A stretch of DNA of 62,668 nucleotides, counting the filler, from Vannella sp. (taxonomy: Eukaryota), in assembly GCA_023345925.1 (NCBI GenBank). It is 7 parts of 7 records of this genome, joined end to end, with 100 filler letters (N's around TTAATTAATTAA, not from the genome) between each part and the next. Parts side by side here need not be neighbours in the genome. Positions count along the whole stretch, not along the records: positions 9,147 to 17,928 come from JAJQQN010000473.1; positions 18,029 to 26,469 come from JAJQQN010001047.1; 5 more parts are not named here. One strand, written 5' to 3'. Both the position numbers and the translations under genes were made by a program. The notes beneath the pieces were generated by a model. The model saw only the letters and a program-made list of their open reading frames with translations. It had not been told where the DNA came from and made no database searches. Positions 10,093 through 20,354 of the stretch are shown piece after piece. The stretch's first letter is position 1, and each line of letters begins with the position of its first letter.

Positions 10093-11530
10093 TCAGAGTT
10101 CATTGAGGAAGTCTAGATTGGAGGGACCTTGCTGTCCGTTCTGATTCTGATAGTCAGAGTTCCGCACTAGCCACTCAACGATCTCGCGCGTGGTCATCTT
10201 GTGATGGCGGTGGTCGATGAGGACGTTCTGCCGTCCATAGCGGTCGATACAGTCATCGATGCACTCAAGAAGCTTCTCTACGCGATGATCCAGCGAGTTG
10301 CTAAGTCGGTTGTCCCAAAGACCTTCAAAAATGTCTTCGAGAGCGAGCATGTCTCGCATGAGGAACCCGAGACGGTTTTGGGCGGGCTGGCTGGGACCAA
10401 CCGCTTGGAAGGTGTCGTAGACCCATTGATCCATGTAGCAGGTGTAGCACCATGTGTAGTTGATACTCCTCAGTTCAGGAGATACTCCAAAGAGGGAGCG
10501 ATCGAGATCGAGGGACACCAAGTGCCCTTGCTTGGTGACGAACTCGTCCTTTCCATGGCGCAGGATGCGTATCAGCCAGTAGAATGCATGGTACTTTGAC
10601 TGCATTTGAGCAATCAATGGGAGAGGACGGAGTTGCTCTCGGTAGCCTAAAAGAGTCTCCAGTGTCCGATCCTTCTTGTAGAGCGTGCGGATGGGCACCA
10701 GATCATTCCACCATCCAATCATTGGACCAGAGAACCATTCGCCGTCTCCACATCCCCCTGGAAGGTTGTGAGCGAGCTGGACTACCGAAAAGATGAGAGA
10801 ACGTACGAGTTTGTTCGAATATCTCTCGCATTCGAGGCCTTCCTGCCTTCACAAAGGCCTCCAACTCTGCTATCTTGATCCGTCGAGTAGAAACAGGCGC
10901 AGTCTGCCCCCAGCCTAACACAAGGTCAAGGTTTGAAGCAATCACTTCCTTTGTGGTGTCTTCCCCAGGCCCTGAGCAAGGCTAGACCCACATGAGGTGA
11001 CGTTCTCTCACACAGAAGTGACTGACCTTGAACATGGCCTTCAATCCATCCAGCTGAAGGGTAATAGCGCCTTGGTGAGTGTTGTCAAAGCCCCACCACT
11101 TCTCTACTCCCAAGATCGGGGCAGATCTAAGCTGATGTAACCAGAAAGCAGTACAATGGATGTCATGGATCTACTGTCTGATGAGGGGAAGGCCAGGATG
11201 GAGAAGGAAAGCTCCTCTCACTTGTTGGGGTTGGCTCATTTGCCTGCAGCGTGCTGCGACTTCAGTTAAGATACGCTTAGTTCCTTCATCTTTGAATGCA
11301 AAGCGCTTTCGAAGCTCATGAAGCAGTGCAGGACGCTGCACAACGGAGGTATCATTCAAAGCGAGGAGAGCCCGCAGTCCTTCAGACCCATTCAGATCCC
11401 CCAGAGCCACTTGTCCAGCATTAGAGCCATGCCCTTCCTTGTCCAAGACCACTCTCGTTGGAAAGAAGCCTCCAACACTCATCAGAAGCACACAAATCAT
11501 CAACAAGACCTCCCCTCGCCATCCCTTCAT
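10093..11530 (-). CDS. Fam20/Four-jointed-like secretory-pathway kinase-fold protein (multi-exon)
   Basis: N-terminal hydrophobic signal. Spliced AMFK|P..EVIASNLDLVLGWGQTAPVSTR, CGDGEWFSGPM, LVSLDLDRSLF and RVEKLLECIDDCIDRYGRQNVL are collinear with Fam20C ALFKP, EIAAFHLDRIL, CG..EGS, IHLDNGRGF and the C-terminal helix. Confidence 0.65.
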
Positions 11531-11600
11531 TTCCAACCGCTTCCAACCAAGAAAGAAAGAATAAATAATTATAAATCATTCATTTCTTGCACTGCTGACC

Positions 11601-12112
11601 ATGGTAGGTGTCTCCCGGTATTGGGAGGGGGAAGTGGTCTTGGTGGTGTTGACTGGGGTCGGATGTGATGCAGGAGGTGATGATTAGCCGTGGACCTCAA
11701 AAGAACATCCTTCGGGATGGTGTTGGCGCTGCTCTGCCTGACTTGACTGTCTCGCACCCTGTAGAGGAGATCCAGAGACGCGTACGTTGATGAATGGAGG
11801 TTCTACTTCTTTTGCGACTTGTCCTCATGAGTGGGGCTGTTGCAGACGACTCAAAACAATGGGGAAGTGCCACGACAAGGTTTGGCGATGCTGTTTGGCA
11901 TTCATATGCCCATGCGCCTGGCTATGGAGGAGCTTACGTTCTCTCGATCTCTCCGCATCGCTGGTTTGCACTCAGACCGCCCCTCTCGCGAGATCTGCGT
12001 GGGAAAGGAGTCCGATTTGGGCTTCGAGGACATTCTTGACAACCCCCGCCTTCGCACTGATGCCGTGGACTTCCACAGCGCCATGGAGGCTCGTCTTGGC
12101 ATCCATTTGTAA
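11601..12112 (+). CDS. POMP: Proteasome maturation factor Ump1/POMP
   Basis: Exons 11601-11603, 11674-11781 and 11846-12112 give M|EVMISRGPQKNILRDG..SHPVEE..LFGIHMPMRLAME..LGFEDILDNP..HSAMEARLGI. Confidence 0.9.
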
Positions 12113-12265
12113 GGAGAGAATGGCCCTTGGGCCTGTTCTGACAGCTTTCCCTAAACCTCCCTCTCGAACACTCCTCTCGCTGTTTCTCGCTCTCCAGACA
12201 TCGCTACGTCTTCCAGGTAGTGCCCATAGCGTTGTGAGAAGGTCTGAGGTCTCATTTCGTTGGAC

Positions 12266-13273
12266 ATGTACTCTCGCGGGCGTGGGAGGGGGAGGAAGCG
12301 GCCTTTGTGGCTGTTTCTGGTGGGCTGCGGATCCCTTCTCGTTCTCTTGGTGCTTATAGGTGCGCTATCAATCGTTGCTACGTTGGTGGACGCTGATATG
12401 GAAGCAGTGCCGAGGGAGAGTGGGCCAGTGCCATCGCCAATTCAAAGGGCTCTGACGAACTCGGAGGGCGAGTGCGTTGACTGGCTGGCATACGGAGTGG
12501 TGCATCCTGTTAGTTGGTCGCCGCGTGTCTTCTTCTACCTCGACCTCATCAGCCCAGAGGAGGCGGGATACCTAAAGTCGCTCGCCACTGACCTTTGTAC
12601 GGCTCTTTCTCCTCAGTTGTGATGCGGTTCTCACTTCATACGGTTGTCCTTGTGCCCCTTTAGCATCTAATAGCGTTAGCAAGCCACCTTCGGGTCCTAG
12701 CACGCGGCAGGGAATGCGAATCCCTACCGAAGGTGATCCTGTCCTCATGAGCATCGAGCAGCGCATTTCTGAGTGGACTATGACTCCATTAGAGCATGGC
12801 GAAACTCTGTATGCTACCCGATCACGTGCAGGAGAGAGTTACGAACCACACTACGACTATTTCTCTGACCCAACAGAGATGGGAGGTGCGCATTCCCCTT
12901 CTTGGAGACTCCCAGTGCCTCACAAAGCAGATCTTTAGCTTCTGGACAAAGAAAGATCACTGTCATGCTCTATCTAGAGGCCCCAGAAGATGGAGGAGAG
13001 ATCCACTTCCCTCGAACAAACCTGACACTCCGCCCCAGACAAGGGGACGCTCTCTTGTACTACAACCTCTCACCCACCAACACCCCCGATGAGATGTCGC
13101 TACACAACATCAAGCCAATCCGGAAGGGAGAGCTTTGGGTAGTAACAAAGTGGATCCGAGAGCGCGCCTTCGAAGGCAATTGGTTAGTTCAACGCCAGAT
13201 GAAGCTGTGGGAGGAAGAACAAGCTCTACAACAAAACAAAGAAGACCAGAATGAAGGCAACTGGATGCCTTAG
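12266..13273 (+). CDS. Type II membrane prolyl 4-hydroxylase (2OG-Fe(II) dioxygenase), multi-exon
   Basis: TM anchor; motifs SWSPRVF, IEQRISEW, YEPHYDYF (HxD), RKITVMLYL, GGEIHFP, SLH and WVVTKWIR. Confidence 0.9.
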
Positions 13274-13323
13274 CGTCCACGCGCGCCACTTTCTCTCTTT
13301 CTGTGTCTGGAAGCCCTTTTAGA

Positions 13324-15443
13324 TTAGAGTTTCAGTCCCAAAGTCTGGAACTGCTGGAAGAGGCTGGTTCGTCTCTTGCGTTTGCCAGTCAAGCCTTGAT
13401 CAGCTGTTGGAAGAACGGAAGTGCGGCGGGTGTTCCGAGAAGGACCGCCAGAAGTGGGAATTATCTTGGCAATCGTCTCAAACTCCTCCGAACTGGAGCT
13501 CTCTTCACGAATGATAGGACGTCGAGGTCGTCTGACAGGAGCCTTTGATTGAGGCAAGGCGTTGCGCCCTTTTGAGGGAGGGGAGTCGAGAGAAGATTCG
13601 GAGTCTCGTTCAGTGGAGTCGTCGCTGCCACTGGAGCTCTCAGTCCCATCAGTGGAAGAGTCCTCACTCTCACTCATGATGACATAAGCGCTCAATTTCG
13701 GCTTGGGGACCTGCTTGGTAGGGGCTGAATTCCTGCGAGGTTTTGTAGATGGCTTGGATCTCGATCTCTTTGTGCAGACAACAGGAGATTGCTTCACCAC
13801 TTTGATTTCCTTAGATTTGGCTTTGCCTTGGCTCTTTGCTGGTGACCGTGCTCGATTCTCTTTGCCACTTCCTGTTCGACTAGTTTTTGTGACATTCTTG
13901 GGAACTGGTTTCTTCTTCTGGGCTGGAGGTCTCCCCTTGCGAGTGGGTTTAGATGGGAGAGAAATAGTGAGGGATTCGACTCCTGTCGATTCAGAATCCT
14001 CTTGTACATCCTCTTGGTCGTCATCGAAGGCGAAAGCTTTCAGATTGGCAGCCGCTCGCTTTTCTGGGGTTTCTTCTTCCGCAGAGCTGGAGCTTAGAGA
14101 GCAGATGATGCTGTCCGATTCTGATCCTTCGTCAGGGGCAAAGACGGTACCATGAGGGAGATGGCGCTGTTCGCCGCTGGTAACATGCTCCATAACATTG
14201 CGTGCAGATGCTGGAAGCTGCTGCTCATCACGCACAGGAAGATTCACAGCACAGGATTCCGTTGGAGGGCATTTCGGGCCCAGCAAACTTCGAGTGAGAC
14301 AAGAAGAGCCCCCCGCAGAGGTGACTTCGACCAGATACTTGGTCAGCTCTTTGCTATCAAACACAGCCTCGGCTAGCTTGAACTCCTTATCAGAAGTACA
14401 CGCCATTCCAGCAGAAGGAGCGTGTCGCAGGGTGATATGCAAGGTCATCGAAGACCGAATCTCAACTGAAGTGATATCATCTCTTCCCATCAGCATTCCC
14501 TGAACCATATTCAATCCTCTCGTTGAAATCATAGTTCCGCTGAGCTCTAACTCAACAAGTGAGGGGAAGGCTATCAAAAGAATGAGCAAAGAGAGGAGGA
14601 AAAGAAAAGTACTTGCAAGTGAGAGTGACAATTGCCTCGTCAGTGATGGTTTTGGTGTCTCTGAAGCTCAAAGTAGTCAACAGTGGAAGACGTTGAAGCT
14701 CTCCCAGGCAAGAGTGAGCAAAGCGGGTCCTTTCAATGGACAGATGGAGGAGTTTCTTCATGGAGGACAGTGCCCGGCACAGTCCCTTTCCAACACCGCT
14801 TACGATGTCATTCACTTCAAACCGTTTCAACCGACAGAGTCCTGTTCATCACAAAGGTAAGGACCCTCCACAGGGAAGAGAAGAGCATCGTACCTGTCAT
14901 TTGAGCTATTCCTTCGTCCGTTATTGCCTTACATTTGCTGATATCCAAGTGTTCTAGCTCTTGCAGAGCTTTCTTTGACATCAGATACGATTGAAGAATA
15001 GTTAGACTTGGTAACGTACCTCGGAGATGAAGTAAGCCGGAATTAGAGATATTCCGGCAGTTCCGGAGAGAGAGATATTGTAACGATGTGAGCCCAGACA
15101 CAACGTGGAGTCCTGAATCGGTTATTTGTGACCCTGATAAGTCAAGGATGACACAGGAAGGGATTGGGGCCCTCCTAATGGTACTCGAAACGATCAATCT
15201 GACGGACAAGAGGGCCAAAGACTCTCTCGTTGCTCTCTTCCTCTTCAATAGTGCACTGGCTAGCGTTCTGCGATCATCTTCAGGAAGAAGGGTCAGCCTC
15301 TTAGCCACAGCCTGCCCTTGCTTGTGGAGGGTCGGGTACAGAGCAATCGAACAAAGCTCCCAAAGACTGGGAACCTCGCTCTCCTTCCACGAAGATTGGC
15401 TCTGCTTCTCACCTGAGGCAATGATTGAGATGCGACGAGGCAT
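13324..15443 (-). CDS. Leucine-rich repeat (AMN1/FBXL-type) protein with a long Ser/Lys-rich disordered tail, multi-exon
   Basis: LRRs LDLSGSQITDSGL, LSLRNCRNISNSGL, LDISKCKAITDEGI, LSFRDTKTITDEAI and LELSGTMISTRGL, separated by short GT-AG introns. Confidence 0.75.
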
Positions 15444-15936
15444 GGCAGAGAAAGAGAATGGCCTGTTCTTAGTGTACTGAACTAACCTTCGTTTTCCCGC
15501 CCTTTTCCTTTTTAGCTCCCTCCTCTCACTCTTCACGTTCATGCTTTGAATCTGATCTAGTTTAGTCTACTAATTCACCAGCAAACCGAAAAGAGCAGAT
15601 GGCCGATAAACCCTAGTCTAGGGTTTAATCGGCGTTTGGCAAGTGATGAACACAAGGTGGCTGATACTTGAGCCATAAGCAACTGGGTAATCACTGAAAC
15701 CCTTCCTTCGATCCCTGCTGATGAGAAAGCTTGGAACAGATGATTGCATCGAAAATGGGATCTTTCTCTGCAGGTAATAGTTCCTGGCCATGCGAACTGG
15801 TGCCATTCCTTCTGACATACCTATTTGAGCTATAAAGGGGCCCTACATACTCTACAGCTGCCTTGTGATGGGGAGCAACCGAAAGAGGAGACAGACGCGA
15901 AGCCAAAGGGAAACTGTATTGGGTAAGAGCACTACC

Positions 15937-16881
15937 TCAGACGGGGTTCTTGGGAGGAGGAGGCGGGGATGAGTAATAGGCACCTGGTTGGTAAGGAGGT
16001 GGATCTCTTAGAGGGAACATTCCATCAGAGGGGTTTCTGGAAGAAAGCATGGAAGGAGGTAGCGTTGTTAGAAGTGACCTTTCCTGATCACTTTGGGGAG
16101 ACAATGGGCTGATTTGGTCTCGGGGCCCATCTGCAAAGTCTGTTCCGCTTGGTGGAAGACATCCGAAACTGGGTGGCGGATAAACAGGAGGTTGTGCGGG
16201 AAATCCAAGATTGGGTGGTGGAGGAAAACGCACAAAACCAGGGGGAGTACCACCATTTGGGGCCAAGCCAGATTGAATGGTAGAAGAGCCATAGTTGGCA
16301 ATAGTGCTTGGGGGGAAAGGAGCCAATTCACTAGGTAGGGAACCAATGTTCGACATCAAGGGATTCAGAAGCCTGAGTTCCTGCTCTCTCTGTTCCTTCC
16401 TCTTCTCTGAGACACTTTTGAGAATCATAGAGAACATTCCAATGGTAAAGCCAAGAATAGCAAGGCCAAGAAGACTGGTGATTAGTCCGATGCCAGGTAC
16501 AATGGACGACGCCACGAAGAGAGTGGTGAAAGAGTAGATTTGTACCAAAATGAACCCTCCAACGATCACAAGTCCCACATAGTTAAAAATCAAGTCTGTT
16601 TGCACTCCAAAGGCCGCAATGACGAATGGGAAGATGAGTTGGACCAGTATCAGGGACGAAAGTCCAAGGTTGCTAGTTAATCCCTTGAAGATAAGCTTGA
16701 TACCGCCAGCAACAGAGATGAGAGTGAAGAATGAGTTGAGAAGTACCAGCACGTCAATAATGACCGCGGTACCTGGAAGAGAAGTGATCAGCTTGGAGCA
16801 AATAAACAGGGACGTAACGCAGCAGAAGATGAGGCCGATGGCCACGACAGCAAGATAGGACCATACACTGTTCTCGTCCAT
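15937..16881 (-). CDS. Multi-pass membrane protein with Pro-rich cytoplasmic tail
   Basis: About five hydrophobic segments in the first ~155 aa, followed by a Pro/Ser-rich tail containing PPPY. Confidence 0.7.
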   Translation of the reverse strand: MDENSVWSYLAVVAIGLIFCCVTSLFICSKLITSLPGTAVIIDVLVLLNSFFTLISVAGGIKLIFKGLTSNLGLSSLILVQLIFPFVIAAFGVQTDLIFNYVGLVIVGGFILVQIYSFTTLFVASSIVPGIGLITSLLGLAILGFTIGMFSMILKSVSEKRKEQREQELRLLNPLMSNIGSLPSELAPFPPSTIANYGSSTIQSGLAPNGGTPPGFVRFPPPPNLGFPAQPPVYPPPSFGCLPPSGTDFADGPRDQISPLSPQSDQERSLLTTLPPSMLSSRNPSDGMFPLRDPPPYQPGAYYSSPPPPPKNPV

Positions 16882-16979
16882 CACACAGGGAATAAGGGAA
16901 TGAATGAACGATGGGTTAACCTTCCCCGTCCATTCTTGTTACTTCCCCTCTTATTGCATAATTATGACCATTGAGGGCT

Positions 16980-17300
16980 TCAGCCACTACAGATTCCTGA
17001 GAGGAGGTCTCTCCTCTTCTTTGAAATAGTACGTGAGGAGACTACTCGGCTCTGTGGTGGATGAGAGTCACCACGCACATCTGCCATTGCAGAGGCCAAT
17101 TGCTCGGGTGCTGTTCTCTTGTAGCTCCTCAGGCCACTCCGAGATCGGTGCTTGGTTATATCCCCTATGGTTTGTTCGTCAACACCAGCCATGTACAGTA
17201 TTGTTGGTGTAGTGGCACGGAAGATGCGAGCTCCTCTTTTGAAGAAGACTGACCTCATCTGGAGGCATCTCTCTCCACTCGCAGTACTGTCTCCATGCAC
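16980..17300 (-). mobile_element. Crypton/DUF3504-like tyrosine recombinase C-terminal fragment (probable transposon relic)
   Basis: RATTPTILYMAGVDEQTIGDITKHRSRSGLRSYKRT matches the YR box II pattern HSLRAT.AT.L..AGVDEQ.I...TGHRS...R.YKR. No N-terminal part is visible. Confidence 0.7.
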
Positions 17301-17642
17301 TCTCGGCCCCTTTCACAGTGTTGGCGGCAAAGGCGTGCTACGCTTGGGTTGCTCTGCATCAGCATTGATCACACCTTCTTATCCCCCTCCTCATGGCTTG
17401 AACATTCATTTCTCCCCTGTAAGTGTTGCTGAGCTAAGGCCGTCTGAGCTTAAGCGAAAGAGAATCTTCGCAAAGCAACAACGAGAGAAGCAGAGGGAAC
17501 TCCTAAAAATAGGAACCCCGGAAATCTATTTTTGGATCCACTTTCAGCGAATTTTGACTCGCGCATCATTAGCGTCTCTGCTCATTCAACAGTCATTCTC
17601 TCTTGCTCTGTTGCTCGAGGTCGTCGGAGCGGACGACACGCG

Positions 17643-17928
17643 ATGCCAGAATACAGGTTAATGGTGTATGGACTCGATGGAGCTGGCAAGTCCGCTTTGA
17701 CTTTCCGGTTCATTCAAAACATCTTCGAAGAGGACTTTGACCCGGAGATCACAGACAACTATCGGAAAGAGGTTCTTATTGACAATCCTGTGACCGGGGG
17801 TTGCATTCTTGATATACTGGATTGCAGTCTTTGGGAATGGGAAGGAGAGGACCGGATTAGAAGGACGTTCATGCGTGAGGCACCAGGATTCTTGTTCGCA
17901 TACTCAATCACCTGTCGTGAATCTTTTC
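17643..17928 (+). CDS. Divergent Ras-family GTPase, 3'-truncated
   Basis: MPEYRLMVYGLDGAGKSALT, FDPEITDNYRK, CILDILDC and GFLFAYSITCRESF. Confidence 0.85.
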
Positions 17929-18028
17929 NNNNNNNNNNNNNNNNNNNNNNNNNNNNNNNNNNNNNNNNNNNNTTAATTAATTAANNNNNNNNNNNNNNNN
18001 NNNNNNNNNNNNNNNNNNNNNNNNNNNN
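17929..18028. other. Artificial contig spacer
   Basis: N44-TTAATTAATTAA-N44. Confidence 0.99.
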
Positions 18029-18682
18029 AAGAGCTTCGGTCCTCCTTTTGGAAGTTCAGCAGCTATGAGTGGGTCAAGAGAAGTAGATCTTGTTCATTAC
18101 TCTCCCATCGGATCAAATAAAAGCCTCGTACAGTGCCATTGTCAACAGAGCTTCACAGAGCCCCCATCTGGATAACACAACAATTCCGAGGGGTTTTCCT
18201 AAAAATCTCCTTCGTCTCTTAGGGTCTTCGGATAATATCCAGCATTGCGAGCGGGGAGAAGGAGTTCGAGTTAGCTCACAGTGAGTGACTAGGGCTTCCA
18301 TAGAGAGAAGAATGGAGAAGGGCCTCAAGGCGGTCCAGGACGTTCCAATTACGTCTGCAACAGACGGTGTGCTGGATGTGAGCAAGTGATAGGCTGCCAA
18401 GCCAAGAAGAGAGCCAAGCTAATGATGAGAGAAAGCAGGTTCGCGGATCGAGCATCTACAAATGAATGATTGAGGCTCGAGCGACTGGTCCATTGATGAA
18501 TCCGACTTCACTAGCTCTGAATATTGACTAGTAAGCATCATTCACTATCGTCTCAGTCATCTTCGTCAGAGTTAGGACCGCTTTCACTATCTCTTCCACA
18601 TCACTCTGATAAGGAAGCTTTGAGAGTTGGAGAAGAGTGAATAGGAAAGATCAAAGGGAGGATTGGCAAGAGCTCCGCAATC

Positions 18683-19285
18683 TTATCGCTTCCACAGGGA
18701 GAAGAATGAGGAAAGAATGGATTTGTTCTTTGGCTTGGTTGGCTCTGACTGATGTAAACTCGCACGAATAGCTTCGTCGAAGACTGCTTTCAGTCCTTTC
18801 TGGGTGAGAGCGGGGCATTCCATGAACTTGTGCGCTCCCAGTGCGTTGGCCAACTCTTGGCTTTCCTCTTGAGTTACTGGGGTGAGGGACATCTCTTCCA
18901 GTCTTTCGAGGATGAGTTGGTCATCAGCCAGGTCGCTCTTCGTCCCAACAAGCAAGAAGGGCGTTCCGGGGCAGTGATGGGAGATCTCTGGATACCACTT
19001 CGCTTTGATGTTCTCCCAGCTGCCTCTACTACACATAATGTAGCAAAGGAGGAACACGTCCGTACCAGGGTACGACAAAGGGCGCAATTGGTCGTACTCG
19101 TCCTCTCCCGCGGTGTCCCACAAGCTCAGGTTGACTGGCACGTCGTCCACCATCACACACGCCGTGTAGTGATCAGAGACTGTGGGAATGTAGTCTCCAG
19201 GGAAGGCGTTCGTGTTGTAGGATATCAGCAAACTTGTCTTCCCCACCGCCCCGTCCCCAACCACCACACACTTAATGGACTGCAT
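18683..19285 (-). CDS. Rac-like Rho-family GTPase (no CAAX), intronless
   Basis: [38 protein letters not shown] and LVGTKSDL; ends [12 protein letters not shown]. Confidence 0.93.
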   Translation of the reverse strand: MQSIKCVVVGDGAVGKTSLLISYNTNAFPGDYIPTVSDHYTACVMVDDVPVNLSLWDTAGEDEYDQLRPLSYPGTDVFLLCYIMCSRGSWENIKAKWYPEISHHCPGTPFLLVGTKSDLADDQLILERLEEMSLTPVTQEESQELANALGAHKFMECPALTQKGLKAVFDEAIRASLHQSEPTKPKNKSILSSFFSLWKR

Positions 19286-19336
19286 CAAATGAATGAAACC
19301 TGCGCATTCAGAAGGTGAGAAGAACAGGTTCTAAGC

Positions 19337-19978
19337 TCAGTCTTCAGCTTTTCCACCATTCCTTCTTCCAGCAGAGAAGAATGAAGGTAAAACGGACTTG
19401 CTCTTTGGCTTGGTGGACTTTGGTTGCATCGAATGAGACCTATGAGCGTGAGCAGCTTCTTCAAAGACTGATCTGAGTCCTTGTTCGGTGAGGGCTGAGC
19501 ATTCCATGGACTTGAACGCTCCCAACTTGTTGGCCAAGCGTTCCCTTTCTACTTGATGGACAGCTGAGATCTCTGACTTTCTTTCTGCGACGAGTGCATC
19601 ATCAGCATCATCAGGCCAATCCTTCTTCGTTCCGACAAGCAGGAAGGGCGTTCCAGGGCAGTGATGGGAGATCTCCGGATGCCACTTCGTCTTGATGCTC
19701 TCCCAGCTTCCCCGATCAGAATAGCAAAGGAGGAATACGTTCGTTTGGGGGTACGACAAAGGTCGGAGTTGTTCGTGGTTGTCCCCCGACGTTCGTGTGT
19801 CCCAAAGAGTCAGGATGGGGTCCCAGTTGGCGATACCCATCTCGATCCTACTCGTGCATGGGTCCCCTACTTTCGGAATGAAGTCTCCAGGGAAGGTGTT
19901 CGTGGTGTAGGAGATCACTAAACTTGTCTTCCCCACCCCCTCATCCCCAACCAGCACACACTTGATGTGATCCACCAT
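19337..19978 (-). CDS. Divergent Rac-like paralogue (tandem duplicate, no CAAX), intronless
   Basis: [44 protein letters not shown] and ECSALT, with clear nucleotide similarity to the neighbouring Rac gene. Confidence 0.9.
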   Translation of the reverse strand: MVDHIKCVLVGDEGVGKTSLVISYTTNTFPGDFIPKVGDPCTSRIEMGIANWDPILTLWDTRTSGDNHEQLRPLSYPQTNVFLLCYSDRGSWESIKTKWHPEISHHCPGTPFLLVGTKKDWPDDADDALVAERKSEISAVHQVERERLANKLGAFKSMECSALTEQGLRSVFEEAAHAHRSHSMQPKSTKPKSKSVLPSFFSAGRRNGGKAED

Positions 19979-20354
19979 AAGAATGAGCAGGGAAAGCTAC
20001 TTAATTTCTAAAATCGTTGACCAGGGAAATCTGATAAAATCCCAACCACGCAGAGAGAAGTCAAGTGGCGAGGGCATTTCCTTGTTGGGTCCTCAAACAT
20101 CCAAAAAGTGAAAAAATGAAATCACTCCAAAAGCTTATCCTGAAGAGATGGAGCTCATCAGGTCAAGCAACGCAAAAACGAGTTCTGCCCCCTGTTCCTT
20201 AACTCGTGGATTTTCTCGGTGTACTACAGGCAAGTAATTTGTTGTTAGATAAGTAATTGTCTCTTCATTAATTTCATTTCGATTCAGGAACTGGAAAGCA
20301 ATTCATTGTGACTTGATGATCAATCTCATTTTTTGGGCTTCGTGTGTTGCAGTG

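Noticed and set aside
11569..12102. Minus-strand ORFs with a presequence-like start
   Set aside because: They are antisense shadows of POMP on the + strand; the same applies to most short ORFs nested opposite long genes.
17643..19978. Apparent Ras-Rac-Rac cluster
   Set aside because: The Ras gene and the Rac pair lie on different contigs separated by a spacer.
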